Origin: Octopus vulgaris
Taxonomy: Eukaryota
Length of the DNA: 64,000 nt
NCBI GenBank assembly: GCA_951406725.2
Contig: OX597821.1
Coordinates: forward strand, 115,010,001-115,074,000
Direction: 5' to 3'
How positions within the stretch are numbered: the first letter of the stretch is position 1; the number at the start of each line of letters is the position of its first letter. Shown piece by piece: positions 51,031-64,000 of this stretch. The notes under the pieces are model-generated. The model made no database searches. It was not told the DNA's origin and saw nothing but the letters and a program-made list of their open reading frames with translations. The position numbers and the translations under genes are program-made.

Positions 51031-53494
51031 ATATAAATCGTCATTTTAATGGCTACATTAACATGTTCAAATGTGTTGAACAGAATTTGTTGAGGTAAAT
51101 TTCCTGTGGTCAGGTGCTCTTCCTGTTGCCAACCTTCGTCAGTTTTCAACTGAGGTAAAATTTCCCTATGAAAGATTGAAAACAGAAGACACTGTATGAT
51201 GATGATGATACTGGTTTACTTCTACTACACAATGTCAAGACAAGGACACACACACACACGATGGGTTTCTTTCAGTTTCTGTCTATCAAATCTACTCTGA
51301 AGGCTTTGGTCAGTTCAGGGCTATAAGTAGAAGATGCCATCCCAAAGTGCCACTCAGTGGGATTGAACCTGAAGCCATGAGGTTTGGAAGTGGACTTTTT
51401 ACCCAGATAAGAAAAGTGAGGTTAGAGCAGGGGTCTCCAAAGTGGTCGACATCAACCCCTAGGGGTCAACAGGACTATTCAAGGGGTCAGTAAATGCCTG
51501 AAACTGCACATCTGCTTATTATTTATTTTTTTTGTACATGAAGGTGTCTAAAATGTCTGGGTTGGAGAAATTGTGACTGGAGTTACCGTATCTCATATTA
51601 GAATATTTTAGCTGAGTAATGAGAAAATAAGGATCTACTGAATGACTCATAACCTTTTAAGTTGGGGGAGGTGGGGGGGGAGGGATGGGATCCGAATCTT
51701 GAACCAGGATAATCAATATATTGAGTGAACAGTTTAAAAGCTACAGGTAAGTCACCTGAACATGTTCTAATGTGTTTCATATATTCCTCCCCTTTATATT
51801 AGTCAAGGGACAGAGGTCCCTGGAAATTTATGGATGTTGGTGCTCAGTGTAAAATCAATATTAGAACTGTGGGAAAAAAAACAGAAAAGAAATGGAAGAA
51901 GGTGAGAGCGCTGGAGATGAGTCATGAGTGTGAACATGACCAAAATGTGAGAAACTTAGAATTAATTGAAACAGCTTGACAATTTCGTAGGAATTCTGAT
52001 TCTGTTGGAAGAGAATATATCTAAACTCGATATTATGAAGTTGTACAACAGATGTAGGTGTTTGTTTTCACTTTTTGTTTAGAAAATTCTATAACATTGG
52101 ACATGTTGTTTATTACCACAGAAGAAGAAAATTCTTATTTTGAGAACTGTATAAATTGCTGAAGTTCTGTGAATACATTTGGTATTAAATATTTGCAACA
52201 CAGAACCAAAGTTATAAAAGTAAAGATTAAACGGCTTTATGATTTATACTCTTGATTAGTCATTAGTCTTAAAGGAAGACCAGGGGGTTTCCTGCACAGG
52301 TCTTGATCTTCTGAACCCACACTCCCTTCTATTCATGTTCTTATACCTTCAAATTATGCCATGACCCCTCATTATCACCACCTTTATCTCTCTTTCTGGC
52401 TTCATTCCATTTACTCCCATCCACCCTTATATAATGCTTTGGGGTAGCTATGTATGTCCTTTAAAACAACAAACCTCTTTCTGGCCTTTCAATTATGCTT
52501 TAACCTTTCAACACTTAACCTAATTTTCTCTTACTCTCTCTTTCTCTCTCTCTCTCTCTCTCAGCTCCCATTCAGGCGAGGAGCCTTCTTAGTCTTGTGA
52601 AGTACATTGTGGCTGTATTAAAGCTGGTACCATGAAAAACGTACCAAGTACACTGTAAAGTGGTTGGTGTTATAGAAATCATGCCAAAACTGAGACTTTG
52701 GTAAAAGCTGTGTTCCTCCAACCTGTTGGATCCTGTCAAGCTGTCCAACTTTTGCCAACAGAGAGTGGCTATAAAACAACGAGGCTTTACTGAAAGTAGT
52801 TTACACATTTCTTTTATTTCTGTTTTATCCAATTGGAACTAGAATTATCTGACTCTTCACCAACTTTTATAATCCACTGGATTGGTGTTGATCTCTGTTA
52901 ATTGAGGGTAGAATCGTCTATCCCTTCACTAACCTCAGTTACCCACTGATTGGTGTTGATCTTGAATATGTAATGATTTCAGTGGATTCATTAAATACTT
53001 TTACTGACCCCTTCACTGCAAGTGAATGAATCCTTTATTAATCAAACAGTGCTGCCACCCCCCTGCGATGGAGAATTATACTATTGTGCAATATCTGTTT
53101 CCAGTTTGGTGGACTTGTTCATTGAAACAAAATGTCTTGGCTATGGTCACAACATAGCACCAAGTGACACAGTTAAAAGCCATTAACTTCTCTGATTGTT
53201 GGATGGAACTCTGATAACTCGACCAGAGACACCCTTGGGGTGGTGTTTGAAATAGTTTTATGTGGAAAAAGTTAAAACAACTCTTTGTCTCTTGTTGGCA
53301 ATAAAAAGATTCTCTTTATTTCAAACACAAATAAACAACTGGTGATGGATGACATTGAAATTTGTTCTTCACTGAAGTTGGTTGATGTACAACCAGGTAT
53401 TCTTTTACTGATTGCTGTCATGGAACTGTGGCCATGCTGGGGCACTGCTTTGAAGGCTTTAGCTGATCAAATCAATCCCAGTACTTTTTTTTTG

Positions 53495-54508
53495 GTCAAT
53501 GCCAGTGCCTGCTGACTGACTCCTGTGCTGGTAGTATGTAAAAAGCATCATTCGAGCACAGTCATTGCCAGTCCCACCTGACTGGCTCCTGTGCCGGTGG
53601 CACATAAAATGCATCCACTACACTCTCAAAATGGTTGGCGTTAGGAAGGGCGTCCAGCTGTAGAAACCTTGCCTGATCAGATTGGAGCTTGGTGCAGCCT
53701 TCCAGCTTGCCAGCTCTCAGTCAAACCGTCCAACCCATGCCAGCATGGAAAACAGATGTTAAATGATAATGATGAATGAATGATGAATGGTACTTTTTCT
53801 TGTCAATCTCTTTTGCCAACCCACCAAGTTACCGGAACGTAAACAAACCAACACTGTCAGGCAGTAAGATGAAAAACACAAAGCCACATGTGCACACATG
53901 CATATATATATAAATATAACTCTAAGCCATACAGCTGGAAAGCAAAATTCCTAATTGCACAGCCATACCTGAGTTACCAGTTGTTAAACCTATATCAAAA
54001 ATCAAAATCAATTCGATGACTAGCATCCGTACTAGCGGGATGCAAAGAGCACCATACGAGTGTGATCGTTGACAGAGCGGCTATTCGAGTAGGATCGTTA
54101 CCAGCATCGCCTTACTGGCACTTATATGCCTGTGCTAGTAGGGTGCCAAGAACAACATCCAAGCATGATTGTTGCCAGAGCAGCCAACTGGCTTCCATAC
54201 CCATGGCACGTAAAAAGGGCACCATTCGAGTGTGATCATTACCAACATCGCTTCACTAGCACCTGTACCGGTGGTATGTGTAAAAAGATTCAAGCGAGGT
54301 CGTTGCCAGTACCGCCTGACTGGCCCCCATGCTGGTGGCACGTAAAAAACCACTCTCGGAGTGGTTGGCGTTAGGAAGGGCATCCAGCTGTAGAAACTCT
54401 GCCAGATCAAGATTGGAGCCTGGTGTGGCCATCTAGTTCGCCAGCCCTCAGTCAAAATCGTCCAACCCATGCTAGCATGGAAAGCGGCCGTTAAACGATG
54501 ATGATGAT
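53495..54508 (+). mobile_element. two SINE-like family C copies (53495-53773 and 54000-54508)
   Basis: Tandem units and (GAT)n tails. Confidence 0.85.
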
Positions 54509-55009
54509 AATAATATCAAGGAAACTGCACAGCTACACCTGTGCTACATGCCCACTCAGTTGCTAAACCTGTATGAAAGAAACTTTGAGACGTTAAAAAG
54601 AGACACTTAAATTGTTAAAATGCAGAGTTAGCTGCATTTATTTGGCTTTAAACTTCTTCATCGTCCAGATTTTGGCTGGTCACAGTCGACATCTCATGTG
54701 CTTGGTGTTCAACAGAGAGCTAAAACTGAAGTCAATGCAACAGCAACATATCTAAGCAAACTTTTATTTTGCTCTTCGAAGCTTTGAATTTGTACACACA
54801 CACACACACGGCTGTACTGCATTTGAAATATTACCTTCCTGTCTGTATAATACTTTGGTCAGTGTGTTTAGGTTTGTGTGTGGATGTCTTTGTGCACTGC
54901 GATATGGTAATGGTCATCTCTTTAACCCTTTTGGAACTGACCCACCAAAGACTGTCTCTGATTTCAGGATATTAACTTCCTGTTTTTATGTAATCTAAAT
55001 TTAAACTGT

Positions 55010-55402
55010 CTCTTTTACTCATTTCAATTCATTTGACTATGGCCATACTGGAGCACCGCCTTTAGTCAAGCAAATCGACCCCAGGACTTATTCTTTGTAA
55101 GCCTAGTACTTATTCTATCGGTCTCCTTTGCTGAGCTGCTAAGTTACAGGGACGTAAACACACCAGAATCAGTTGTCAAGTGATGGTGGGGGGACAAACA
55201 CAGACACACAAACACACACACATATATATATACATATACACATATATGACAGGTTTCTTTCAGTTTCTGTCTACCAAATCCACTCACAAGGCTTTGGTCG
55301 GCCCGAGGCTATAGTAGAAGACACTTGCCCAAGGTGCCACACAGTGGGACTGAACCCATAACCATGTGGTTGGTAAGCAAGCTACTTACCACACAGCCAC
55401 TC
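55010..55402 (-). mobile_element. SINE family B, full-length
   Basis: Reverse complement of family B. Confidence 0.9.
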
Positions 55403-56839
55403 TGGCGCCTATAAAATTTAATGGTTTCAAATTTTGACAGCAGGCCAGCAATTCGGGGTGGGGGGTGGGGATTAAATTAATTGTATTGACCCTAGTGCTC
55501 AACAGGTACTCATTTTATTGACCCCGAAAGGAGGGAAGGCAAAGTCGACTCTGGCGGAATTTGAACTCAGAATATAAAGACAAAATGCCTCTAAGCATTT
55601 AGTTCAGCTTGTATCAAAGAAACTATTCACAGATTACTTTCTAAAGTCTCCCACCTGCTCTACAAAGTTTGACAAAAGAAAAGAAAATAAGGTTTGTGGT
55701 TTATTTTTAAACAAAGTTGATTTTTTTTTCTTTCTTTCATGGCACTCATCTATAAAAAAATGTTTAAAATATTTTATGCCACACCCTCGAGAAGAAAGAA
55801 AAACAGAAGTTGGAGGAAATAGCAAAGTTTGTATACTGAAAACAAACAAAAAGAATATTTTTAGTTGCATCACAGAATATTAATAATAGCAAGCATGAGA
55901 AAAAGAAGTAAAAATTTGTTTTTGCTTCAAATTTAAATGTATTGAGTAGAAATGTTGCCAACAGCAACAATAGCAACAGTATTTGTGCACACGTTATGTC
56001 AAATGTAAATATGAAGAATGGAAAAACCATTCTTTGCAAAATGGAAAATAAATACATAAAGAAAACAGTTCTCAGTTTGATATGTTTTGCTGAAAGAGCT
56101 AAAGCAGTGCAACATTTTGTACACAAGGCAGGCACCAGCCTACCACACATCTGTAGAGGTGCACAAGAAAACGAGTATAATTTACCTGTGATTTGCCAGG
56201 ACGATGGAAGGTGGGTGGGTTTTCTTGTTCCAACCAAGGAAGGCATGGAAATCCTGGCAGATATTTAAAGTGAAATCCTCTCCATTGGAAGGCAGAGGAC
56301 AAATGGCATCATATGTATCATTTTTAAACCAGGGGACACTGCAAAAACAAACCCCAATTGTGCATAACACAGTTAACCATAAGCTGGTCTTGTTTTTTTT
56401 ATGATGAAGGAACACAGGGTTCTTTGTCAGGGGACGTTTGTGCTTCTAATATTGATATTTGGTTAGTGGTCACCCTCATGGCAAAAATATGGCAAGTGGT
56501 CAGTGTTGAGGTAACTTTTGATAATATGTGGTCAGGTGTGTATGTTGGGGGAGCACCGTGGACATACAAGTTCTCATGAGTCTACAAAATAATACCAGAA
56601 CTGTGTCCTGTAAAGGGTGCCGAGAGGAAGACCTTCAAACTCAGTATACAGATGACCCAACTGCTACATATATCATCATCATTGTCGTTTAACGTCCGCT
56701 TTCCATGCTAGCATGGGTTGGACGGTTTGACTGAGGGCTGGTGAACCAGATGGCTGCACCAGGCTCCAATCTTGATCCGGCAGAGTTTTTACAGCTGGAT
56801 GCCCTTCCTAACGCCAAGGAATACATGGATTCAAATTCA

Positions 56840-57470
56840 ACTGAAGTTGTCTTCCATTTTCTCAGGGGTCATGTCAAAAGTGGGGGCATGTGCCATTGCA
56901 GCACTTTACTGCATTCACCATTTGTTGTTCCTGGGTTCTCCTGGTTGACCAGTCAAGTCGAATCCCAGTCAGTCTCCATCTCCACAAGATACCTCTTCAT
57001 CTGCCATGACCATGTGGCATGTGGCCAACCAACATGAACCATCAACCCAGCCAAATCCACTGTAAAGAGAACATGCTAAGCAGGGTCTAACTCAGAAAAA
57101 TCAAGGAACATGGCCAAACAACCTGAGCAGGTGCGCCCTAATCATACAAGTGACAGAACATATCCCAGTTTCTGGGTCGAGTCATTGGTCGGATACAAAA
57201 CCCGACCAAAGGTAACCCATAATCTTGTGAAACATTCTGGTGCCAAAAGATTTTGGGTGGTTCCTAAGGGTCCAAGTCTTACCACTATAAAGCAAGACAG
57301 GGAGGACCAGAGACCTCTAAGGACCCTAACCTTTGTCGTCCTGCTCAAATATCAGCAGCACCAAACACCCTTGTCCATAACTGCACCAGCCACACCCAAG
57401 TCTTTTTAGGACTTCAGACTTGCAGCTAATGTGGGTTTAATCTCGCTGCTGAGATAAGTGAAATAATAAA
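56840..57470 (-). pseudogene. RTE-clade LINE 3' RT fragment
   Basis: Minus frames give SRTTKVRV, LVLPVLLYSGKTWTL (V.P.LLYG.ETWT motif) and LLRLFGHV (RLRWFGHV motif); frameshifted. Confidence 0.8.
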
Positions 57471-60400
57471 ATACCAACCAAGTACCGGGGTTGATTGAAG
57501 ATGCTTATCAGTATCTGTTTTGGTTCTTTATGTTGCAAGTTCAAATTCTACTCATGTCATCTTTGTCAGTCACCCCCTTCCGGGGTGAGGTCAATGAAAT
57601 AATGCACCAATACAGTACTGAGGGTCAATGTAATCAGCTACCCCCACCCACCAATTGCTAGTTTTGTCCGATACTTTGAAGTCATTATTATGAAGATCCT
57701 CCTGCACCTTCTGGTTATGTAGGACTCTTATAAACTGGTACCACATTAGTTTTGGGAGTTCATTGGAGAGTCATAAGCAATACCTCTCTCTCTCTTTTTC
57801 CTCTCTTTGGATTCTATTCTGGTGATTTGCAACAACATTTGTGTTAATGTGACTCCAGAATGCTGGAGAATTTGAACTCAGAACATACCGAGCTGAAATA
57901 CTCAAGACATCATCTCCTATGTTCTGACCATTTCACCATTCCATTTCCTTGAAGTGGTTCTTTATTCAGCCTGGAAAAAAAAAAGACACTGAAAAGCAAA
58001 ATTGACCTTTGTGGGATTTGAACTCAAAGCATAAAGAGTCAAAACAAGGCATTTTATTTAATGTTTTAATGACTCCATTAGTTTACTGTCTTCTATTACA
58101 AAACAGAAATATTAGTGCTACACAACAACTAACTGTATTTTAAGATGAAATCCCATTGAACTTGGTTTTGCCCTCTCACCTCTCCCTGGGGCAATAAGAT
58201 ATTTGCCAGTCAGATATTGAGGTCAATTTAATTGCTGACATCCTCTTCCTCCAGCTGTTGCTGCCAACCCTTTTACCATTGTGACCTAATTTGGTAAATC
58301 CATAATCCTCTTTGACCCCTTTTTTATGTTTGTGTTTTTATTCTTCATTTATTTTTCTTGGGGAAATAATATCCCTCAGTTTTTGTTGGCAGTAAACATG
58401 ACTGGCAGAATCAAATCCAGAGACGTAGTTTTTCGGCAATATATCTGTGGTCCTTAGGGCCTGTCCTGTGTATCATATGTGATATACAGGACATACTTCC
58501 CTGGCATTCATGCATCATATATGATACACATTCCCAGTTCTTTCAATCATGAATAGAAAGATTGATATTAACTCAAAATGTATGAAACACAGGTTAACTG
58601 AAAGTCTGAAAACAAGCATTGGATGGTTAGGCCAAACTTATGGAAATGCTTTGGGCAGGTACAGGGTTAAAAACCATAGTGATATTGCTGAAAACCCTGT
58701 CTTTGAATTTGGTTTTGGCCTGTTACATATTTGCTGGTGTAACTATTAATTCTCTCCAGAATTAATTCTGTAACAAATGTTTGACATAGTAAGATAAAAT
58801 GAAATTATTATTTTATGTTGGAATAGGAAGAAGCCATTGTGAATCACAAATGTAACCATAAAACAGTTTGTGCTGTTGCACAGTTTGTAAAATGTAGTTA
58901 GCAATATTTGTATTGGCGAAGATGTAAATTACTGATAGCAGAGGTTTGGTTTCTGCTGTTGGAATTGGAAAGAATTTCAAATGACTACCGAGTTATTGTT
59001 ATATGATGGAATTGGGAGAGGACATTAAAAGTTAACCAACCAACCTCCACAGTCTAACAGTTTATAAAATGTAGTTTAACATTAGAAGTAATGGTGTAGA
59101 TGTAGAACAGAGATAGTAGACATTTCATTTTTGAAGATGGAATTGGAAAGAATTTAAAATGGTTGTTTCAGCAATGGGGAAAGAACAACAACAGCAACAA
59201 CTAAAAGCTTGATTTGATGCAACTTCAAATCATAAAGTCTTTGAAGTCACAATGGTAATTAGATAGGATCTGTTAGTAAATGCATTTCCATTTTAACGTG
59301 TTTTATTTTCGGTTTGTTTTCCTTTATAATATTAAAAACACCCATTATCCATTGTATTTAGTTTGTGTTGTTGATTTTTACACCATTACTGGTGAGAAAT
59401 AGCATAAAATAAAATAAAATGTAACCTAAAAATATAAATAAAAAATAAATGAATGAAAGATGGTGTATACAAACATATCTTTTTTTTTTAAAGATTTGTT
59501 TGAACCTAAATTCTGTTGATATGTTTAGCAAATGGTTCATTAATATGTTAAAATAAGTGTTCTCAAAATACCTTCTTTAATTATAAGTGTTAACAGATTT
59601 AAAAGTTTCATCTTGTCAATTCATTTAACTCCAGCTGAATACTGAATGCCCGCTGCTTTGATGTCGACTTTTCAATGCTTTCATGGGTCAGACAAAATTT
59701 ATTGAGGCAGATTTTCTATAGCTGGATGCTCTCTCTGTTGCTGATCCTTACCTGATACCAAGCAAGATATTTCCCTTAGTCCTTCAATTTACACAATAGC
59801 CTAACATGTTTGCTTCATCATCTTCATCATTTAACATCCGTTTTCCATGCTAGCATGGGTTGGATGGTTTGACAGGGGCTGGCAAGGTGAAGAGAGCTGC
59901 ACTGGGTTGCATGGTTTCTATGACTGGTGCCATTTCTAGCTCCAACCATTTTACAGAGTGTATTGAGTGCTTTTTACATGGCACCAGCATGGGTGCTTTA
60001 TGCATGGAACCAACATGGGTCCTTTTCACATGGCACCAGAATGGTCGCTTTGTATGTAGCACCAGCATAGTAGAATGCAAATGAACATCCCTGCTTGTAC
60101 GACAATGTTTGTTTACGATCAAGGCACATTTTCAAGATAAGGGCTTTGGTTGACCTTCGACTTACCCAAAGTGGAATTGAACTCAAAAACCATGTGGTTG
60201 CAAAAAGAATTTCTTAACCCCACAGCCATGCTTGGGTTTAATACTGATTTTTAGTTATCATTGAAAGTTATGTCTAGGAACTCATTAGATATCCATGGGC
60301 CCCTCTTTTGCTCCCTGGGTTTGAACTAATGTACCAGCTAAACTTCCTCACCACCCCTTACAAGCCTCATTAAAAACATCAAATGCAGTTAATATATTTC

Positions 60401-61757
60401 TTTTATTTGTTTACAAACTGAGCATTTGTGATAAAAAAACACAACAGCAATAAAATAAGGACACAATCTAAATATTGATGAAAGTGTTGTGAATGGATTT
60501 TGGTTGACAGAAACTGAAAGAACCATATATCACCATAATCAACATCATCATTTAACGTCTGCTTTCCATGCTGGCATGGGTTGGATGGTTTGACTGAAAA
60601 CTGGTAAGCCAGGTTCTGACCTGATTTGGCAAGGCTTCTACAGCTGGATGCCCTTCCTAATGCCAACCACTCTGAGAGTGTAGTGGGTGTTTTTATGTGA
60701 CACCAGCACAGGTACCAATGACCTGATGCCAGCATCAGCCACGACTGCGATCTCACTTGGTTTGACAGGTCTACACAAGCACAGTATATTGCCAAAGTCC
60801 TTGGTCACCTTTGGCGATATACTGTACTTTATCCATATCAGGGGCCACCAAACTTTTTCAGCCATCAACTCTCTTTAGCTACTTCTCCCTCTACATTGAC
60901 CCCCTTTAGCCACTTCTCCTTCTGCATTGACCACCCTCCTCATTTAAAATATCTTAATACTCTACCCTACCATATCTTAAATGCATTCCAGGTACTGATG
61001 GTGGCAATTAAAATGTTAGCTAAAATATACATGAACGACATATTAAGAAATTCTCTTGAAGACGACAGACTTATTATATTTAAAACTACATGTCCGAGTA
61101 TACATTATTAAACTTTCAATTTTTATGAAATTGTTTTCATGGGTAGAAAATGTTAAGGCCCTGAGTAGAAACACGAAATGCATGAAATATATTTACTTAA
61201 GACCAACTGTGGAGCCCTTTTAGTGCTGCTCTGATCCATTGAATACATTCAGAAATTTGTTTAATAATCAATGTGACAGTACTGAAAATGTTAGTTTTAT
61301 ATCATCTAAATGCAGTTAAAACAAACTCTGTTTATTTCTATTCGTAATCTTGAAAGCAAGGGGGCGTAACAAATGAGGCAAGATATAGTTTGTTATGGGA
61401 GACATTAGATTATAAGGTATTAGGCTAATTTGAAGAAACTGGCACTATAATCTAGAGAGCTTCCTGTGATGCCTTCATCCTAAGATCTCTGTAATGTTAA
61501 CAATATATGCAGTTACAGCTAATGAAGGAATCGCAAATGGTTTACTGCAATCTGCATGGTTCTTGATAACCATGCAAATTGCAGTTAATCACTGTGATGT
61601 CTTGAATATATATTATCTGAAGACTTGAGTGTTACCCATCGAATGATGGGTTACTTTGGATGTGCACTTTTGTCACAGCGGGTAATATTAGGAAATATGG
61701 CATGAAACAATAATTATAATTTAACTTTAACCCTACACACACACGCACACACAATTA

Positions 61758-61920
61758 GGGTGCTAAGAAGCACCAGCTTTACTAAAAATAGGAGTCATAA
61801 AAGACTCTGAAGCCACAGTAATCACAACTAAATTTTTACAGGCATTATAATGATGACTATTGCGGCTTTGGAGGTTTTTATGACTCCTATTTTTAGCAAA
61901 GTTGGTGCTTCTTAGTACCC
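61758..61920. mobile_element. TA-flanked MITE with ~67-bp TIRs
   Basis: gggtgctaagaagcaccagctttactaaaaataggagtcataaaa... / ...ttttatgactcctatttttagcaaagttggtgcttcttagtaccc; TA at 61756-61757 and 61921-61922. Confidence 0.85.
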
Positions 61921-61923
61921 TAA

Positions 61924-62075
61924 TGGCTGTGTGTTAAGTAGCTTGCTTACCAACCACATGGTTCCGGGTTCAGTCCCACTGCATGGAACCTTGGGCAAGT
62001 GTCTTCTGCTATAGCCTCGGGCCAACCAAAACCTTGTGAGTGGATTTGGTAGATGGAAACTGAACGAAGCCTGTC

Positions 62076-62123
<48 letters not shown>

Positions 62124-62310
62124 CCCTAACATCACTTGACAACTGATGCTGGTATGTGTCAACGTCCTCGTAACTTAACAGTTCGGCAAAAGAGACCGAT
62201 AGAATAAGTACTAGGCTTACAAAGAATAAGTCCTGGGGTCGATTTGTTCGACTAAAGGTGGTGCTCCCACATGGCTGCAGTCAAATGGCTGAAACAAGTA
62301 AATAATAAAA
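61924..62310 (+). mobile_element. SINE family B copy
   Basis: Family B profile. Confidence 0.9.
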
Positions 62311-62458
62311 GAATATATATATATATATATATCATCACAATCAAGGAATGGCCATAATAGGCCATTCACCCACTAGAAATAACAGCCAAAGCTTCAACCG
62401 CAAAACAACATTAATTCCGCAAACCAGGAGAAAATTAAAAAAACATTTACCCTGTAAT

Positions 62459-62561
62459 TTCTTATACGATGCACCGTTTCATCTATTGTTTAATGGTAAA
62501 CTAACCTGATTAAATTAAATCAAGCCAATCTTCCATAGGCCGATAGATTCGTCAGTAAGAA
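62459..62561 (-). ncRNA. mirror-image type I hammerhead ribozyme in the left arm
   Basis: Exact reverse complement of 62787-62889. Confidence 0.8.
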
Positions 62562-62786
62562 CAGCCAGATCGGAGCAGATATTTTCACGAGGCACTTCTA
62601 TCCCTGCCTCGGCAATATCTGACCTAAAATTTTCAAATCATCGCACTCGCGCCAAATTTATCGGCAGCAAATATAAGCCACCGATTCCATTGAATCGGCG
62701 GCTTATATTTGCTGCCGATTTTAGGTCAGATATTGCCGAGGCAGGGATAGAAGTGCCTCGTGAAAATATCTGCTCCGATCTGGCTG

Positions 62787-62889
62787 TTCTTACTGACGAA
62801 TCTATCGGCCTATGGAAGATTGGCTTGATTTAATTTAATCAGGTTAGTTTACCATTAAACAATAGATGAAACGGTGCATCGTATAAGAA
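62787..62889 (+). ncRNA. type I hammerhead ribozyme (predicted cleavage after GUA, position 62883)
   Basis: Stem I TTCTTA (62787-92) / TAAGAA (62884-89); core CTGACGA (62793-99); stem II ATCTAT (62800-05) / ATAGAT (62862-67); GAAA (62868-71); self-complementary helix III CGGTGCATCG (62872-81); TA (62882-83). Confidence 0.8.
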
Positions 62890-63656
62890 ATTACAGGGTA
62901 AATGTTTTTTTAATTTTCTCCTGGTTTGCGGAATTAATGTTGTTTTGCGGTTGAAGCTTTGGCTGTTATTTCTAGTGGGTGAATGGCCTATTATGGCCGT
63001 TCCTTGATTGTGATGTTGAACTTATAAATGGTCTTTGACTATTTAATTTTTTCCCACTAGGCCGCTGGTGGCAAAAAATTCTACGAAATTTTTTGCCACC
63101 CTATATTGATTAATTATATATATATATATATATACACACACACATGTAGTTATTAATTTACTTATATGGTTTTATACTTGCAACCACTAATATTATATCT
63201 TATGAATAATAATGTTGTTTTACGTATTTAGGTATGTATATAATATATATACATATAGTGTACACACACACACACACTTATAAAATTGTAATGTGTTGGT
63301 GAGCTATCTTTGAGTAGAAACAGGAAGACGAGGCTTGATTTGAGGTGGATCTCCTGACATCCTCTCTCTCTCTTACTGACAGCATTATGTAAGGTGTCAC
63401 TCAGATAACCTTCTTTTCTGCTGAGAGACGGCCTTGTCCTTTAAGGCTCCGTTGTACCCACCAGACAGCTTTGGAATCAATGCTAGAAACTCCAGTTAAA
63501 CCTGAAGAAACAAGGTTTTCCTACATGTCCTTCATTACCATCTGGACCATTCTAACTTTAGCCATGTTAAACTCTTGTTACATGCTTACTCGTATTCAGA
63601 AAAGTGCATTCTATCTTTTGCTGTTTGATAATAATTGGTCTTTGTAACAAACAAAG

Positions 63657-64000
63657 AATCATCATCATCATCATCTTTTAATATCTGCTTTCCATGCTAG
63701 CATGGGTTGGATGAATGACTGAGGGCTGGCGAACCAGATGGCTGCACCAGGCTTCAATCTTGATCTGGCAGAGTTTCTACAGCTGGATGCCCTTCCTAAC
63801 GCCAACCACTCCGAGAGTGTAGTGGGTGCTTTTATGTGCCACAAGCACGGGGGGCTGTCAGGCAGTACTGGCAATGACCTCGCTCGAATCTTTTTACACA
63901 TGCCACCGGCACAGGTGCCAGTGAAGCGATGTTGGTAATGATCACGCTTGAATGGTGTCTTTTACGTGCCACCGGCACGGAGGCCAGCTAGCCACTCTGG
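63657..64000 (-). mobile_element. SINE-like family C copy (runs off the window)
   Basis: (CAT)n followed by ttccatgctagcatgggttgg...ctacagctggatgcccttcctaacgccaaccactccgagag... Confidence 0.9.

Larger units (their letters stand above)
62333..63118. mobile_element. young non-coding PLE/retrozyme-like element: 683-bp near-perfect palindrome (62333-63015) plus ~100-bp unique 3' extension
   Basis: Arms are reverse complements apart from two substitutions I could see and a 30-bp insert (62631-62660); apical loop CATT 62688-62691; both ends abut (TA)n. Confidence 0.85.

Noticed and set aside
54669-54790. Kinase-like DFGWS motif after a possible acceptor
   Set aside because: No other kinase motifs and no convincing donor; likely chance
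56186-56253. Minus-strand 68-nt exon candidate
   Set aside because: Splice signals are plausible but the pyrimidine tract is weak, all three frames are open and no product is recognisable
58380-58500. GTPase G4-like VFVGSKHD after an acceptor-like site, and a small palindrome at 58462-58492
   Set aside because: No good donor or other GTPase motifs; the hairpin is too short to interpret

Overview
AT-rich, repeat-saturated eukaryotic genomic DNA, most likely an octopus (coleoid cephalopod), inferred from the tRNA-derived SINE families and the abundant (TA)n/(CA)n/(TTA)n/(CAT)n microsatellites. The window is mostly intronic or intergenic, and almost all ORFs in the supplied track are microsatellite or SINE artefacts. 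Supported features: four interspersed SINE-like families, two dead mariner transposons, fragments of R4/Dong-like, RTE and CR1/L2-like LINEs, a non-autonomous Helitron, a HINE-like element and several MITEs. A CpG-rich putative promoter region lies at about 42-45.5 kb, with a candidate first coding exon (+, ATG 45171) and candidate antisense exons. The most striking signal is a set of hammerhead-ribozyme (HHR) elements resembling Penelope-like element (PLE) repeats. One is a near-perfect 683-bp palindrome (62333-63015) with a canonical type I HHR in each arm. Another is a tRNA-headed SINE with a minimal HHR in its tail, which occurs twice as a head-to-head foldback joined at the same palindromic junction. 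All calls were made by eye; no searches or folding programs were run.
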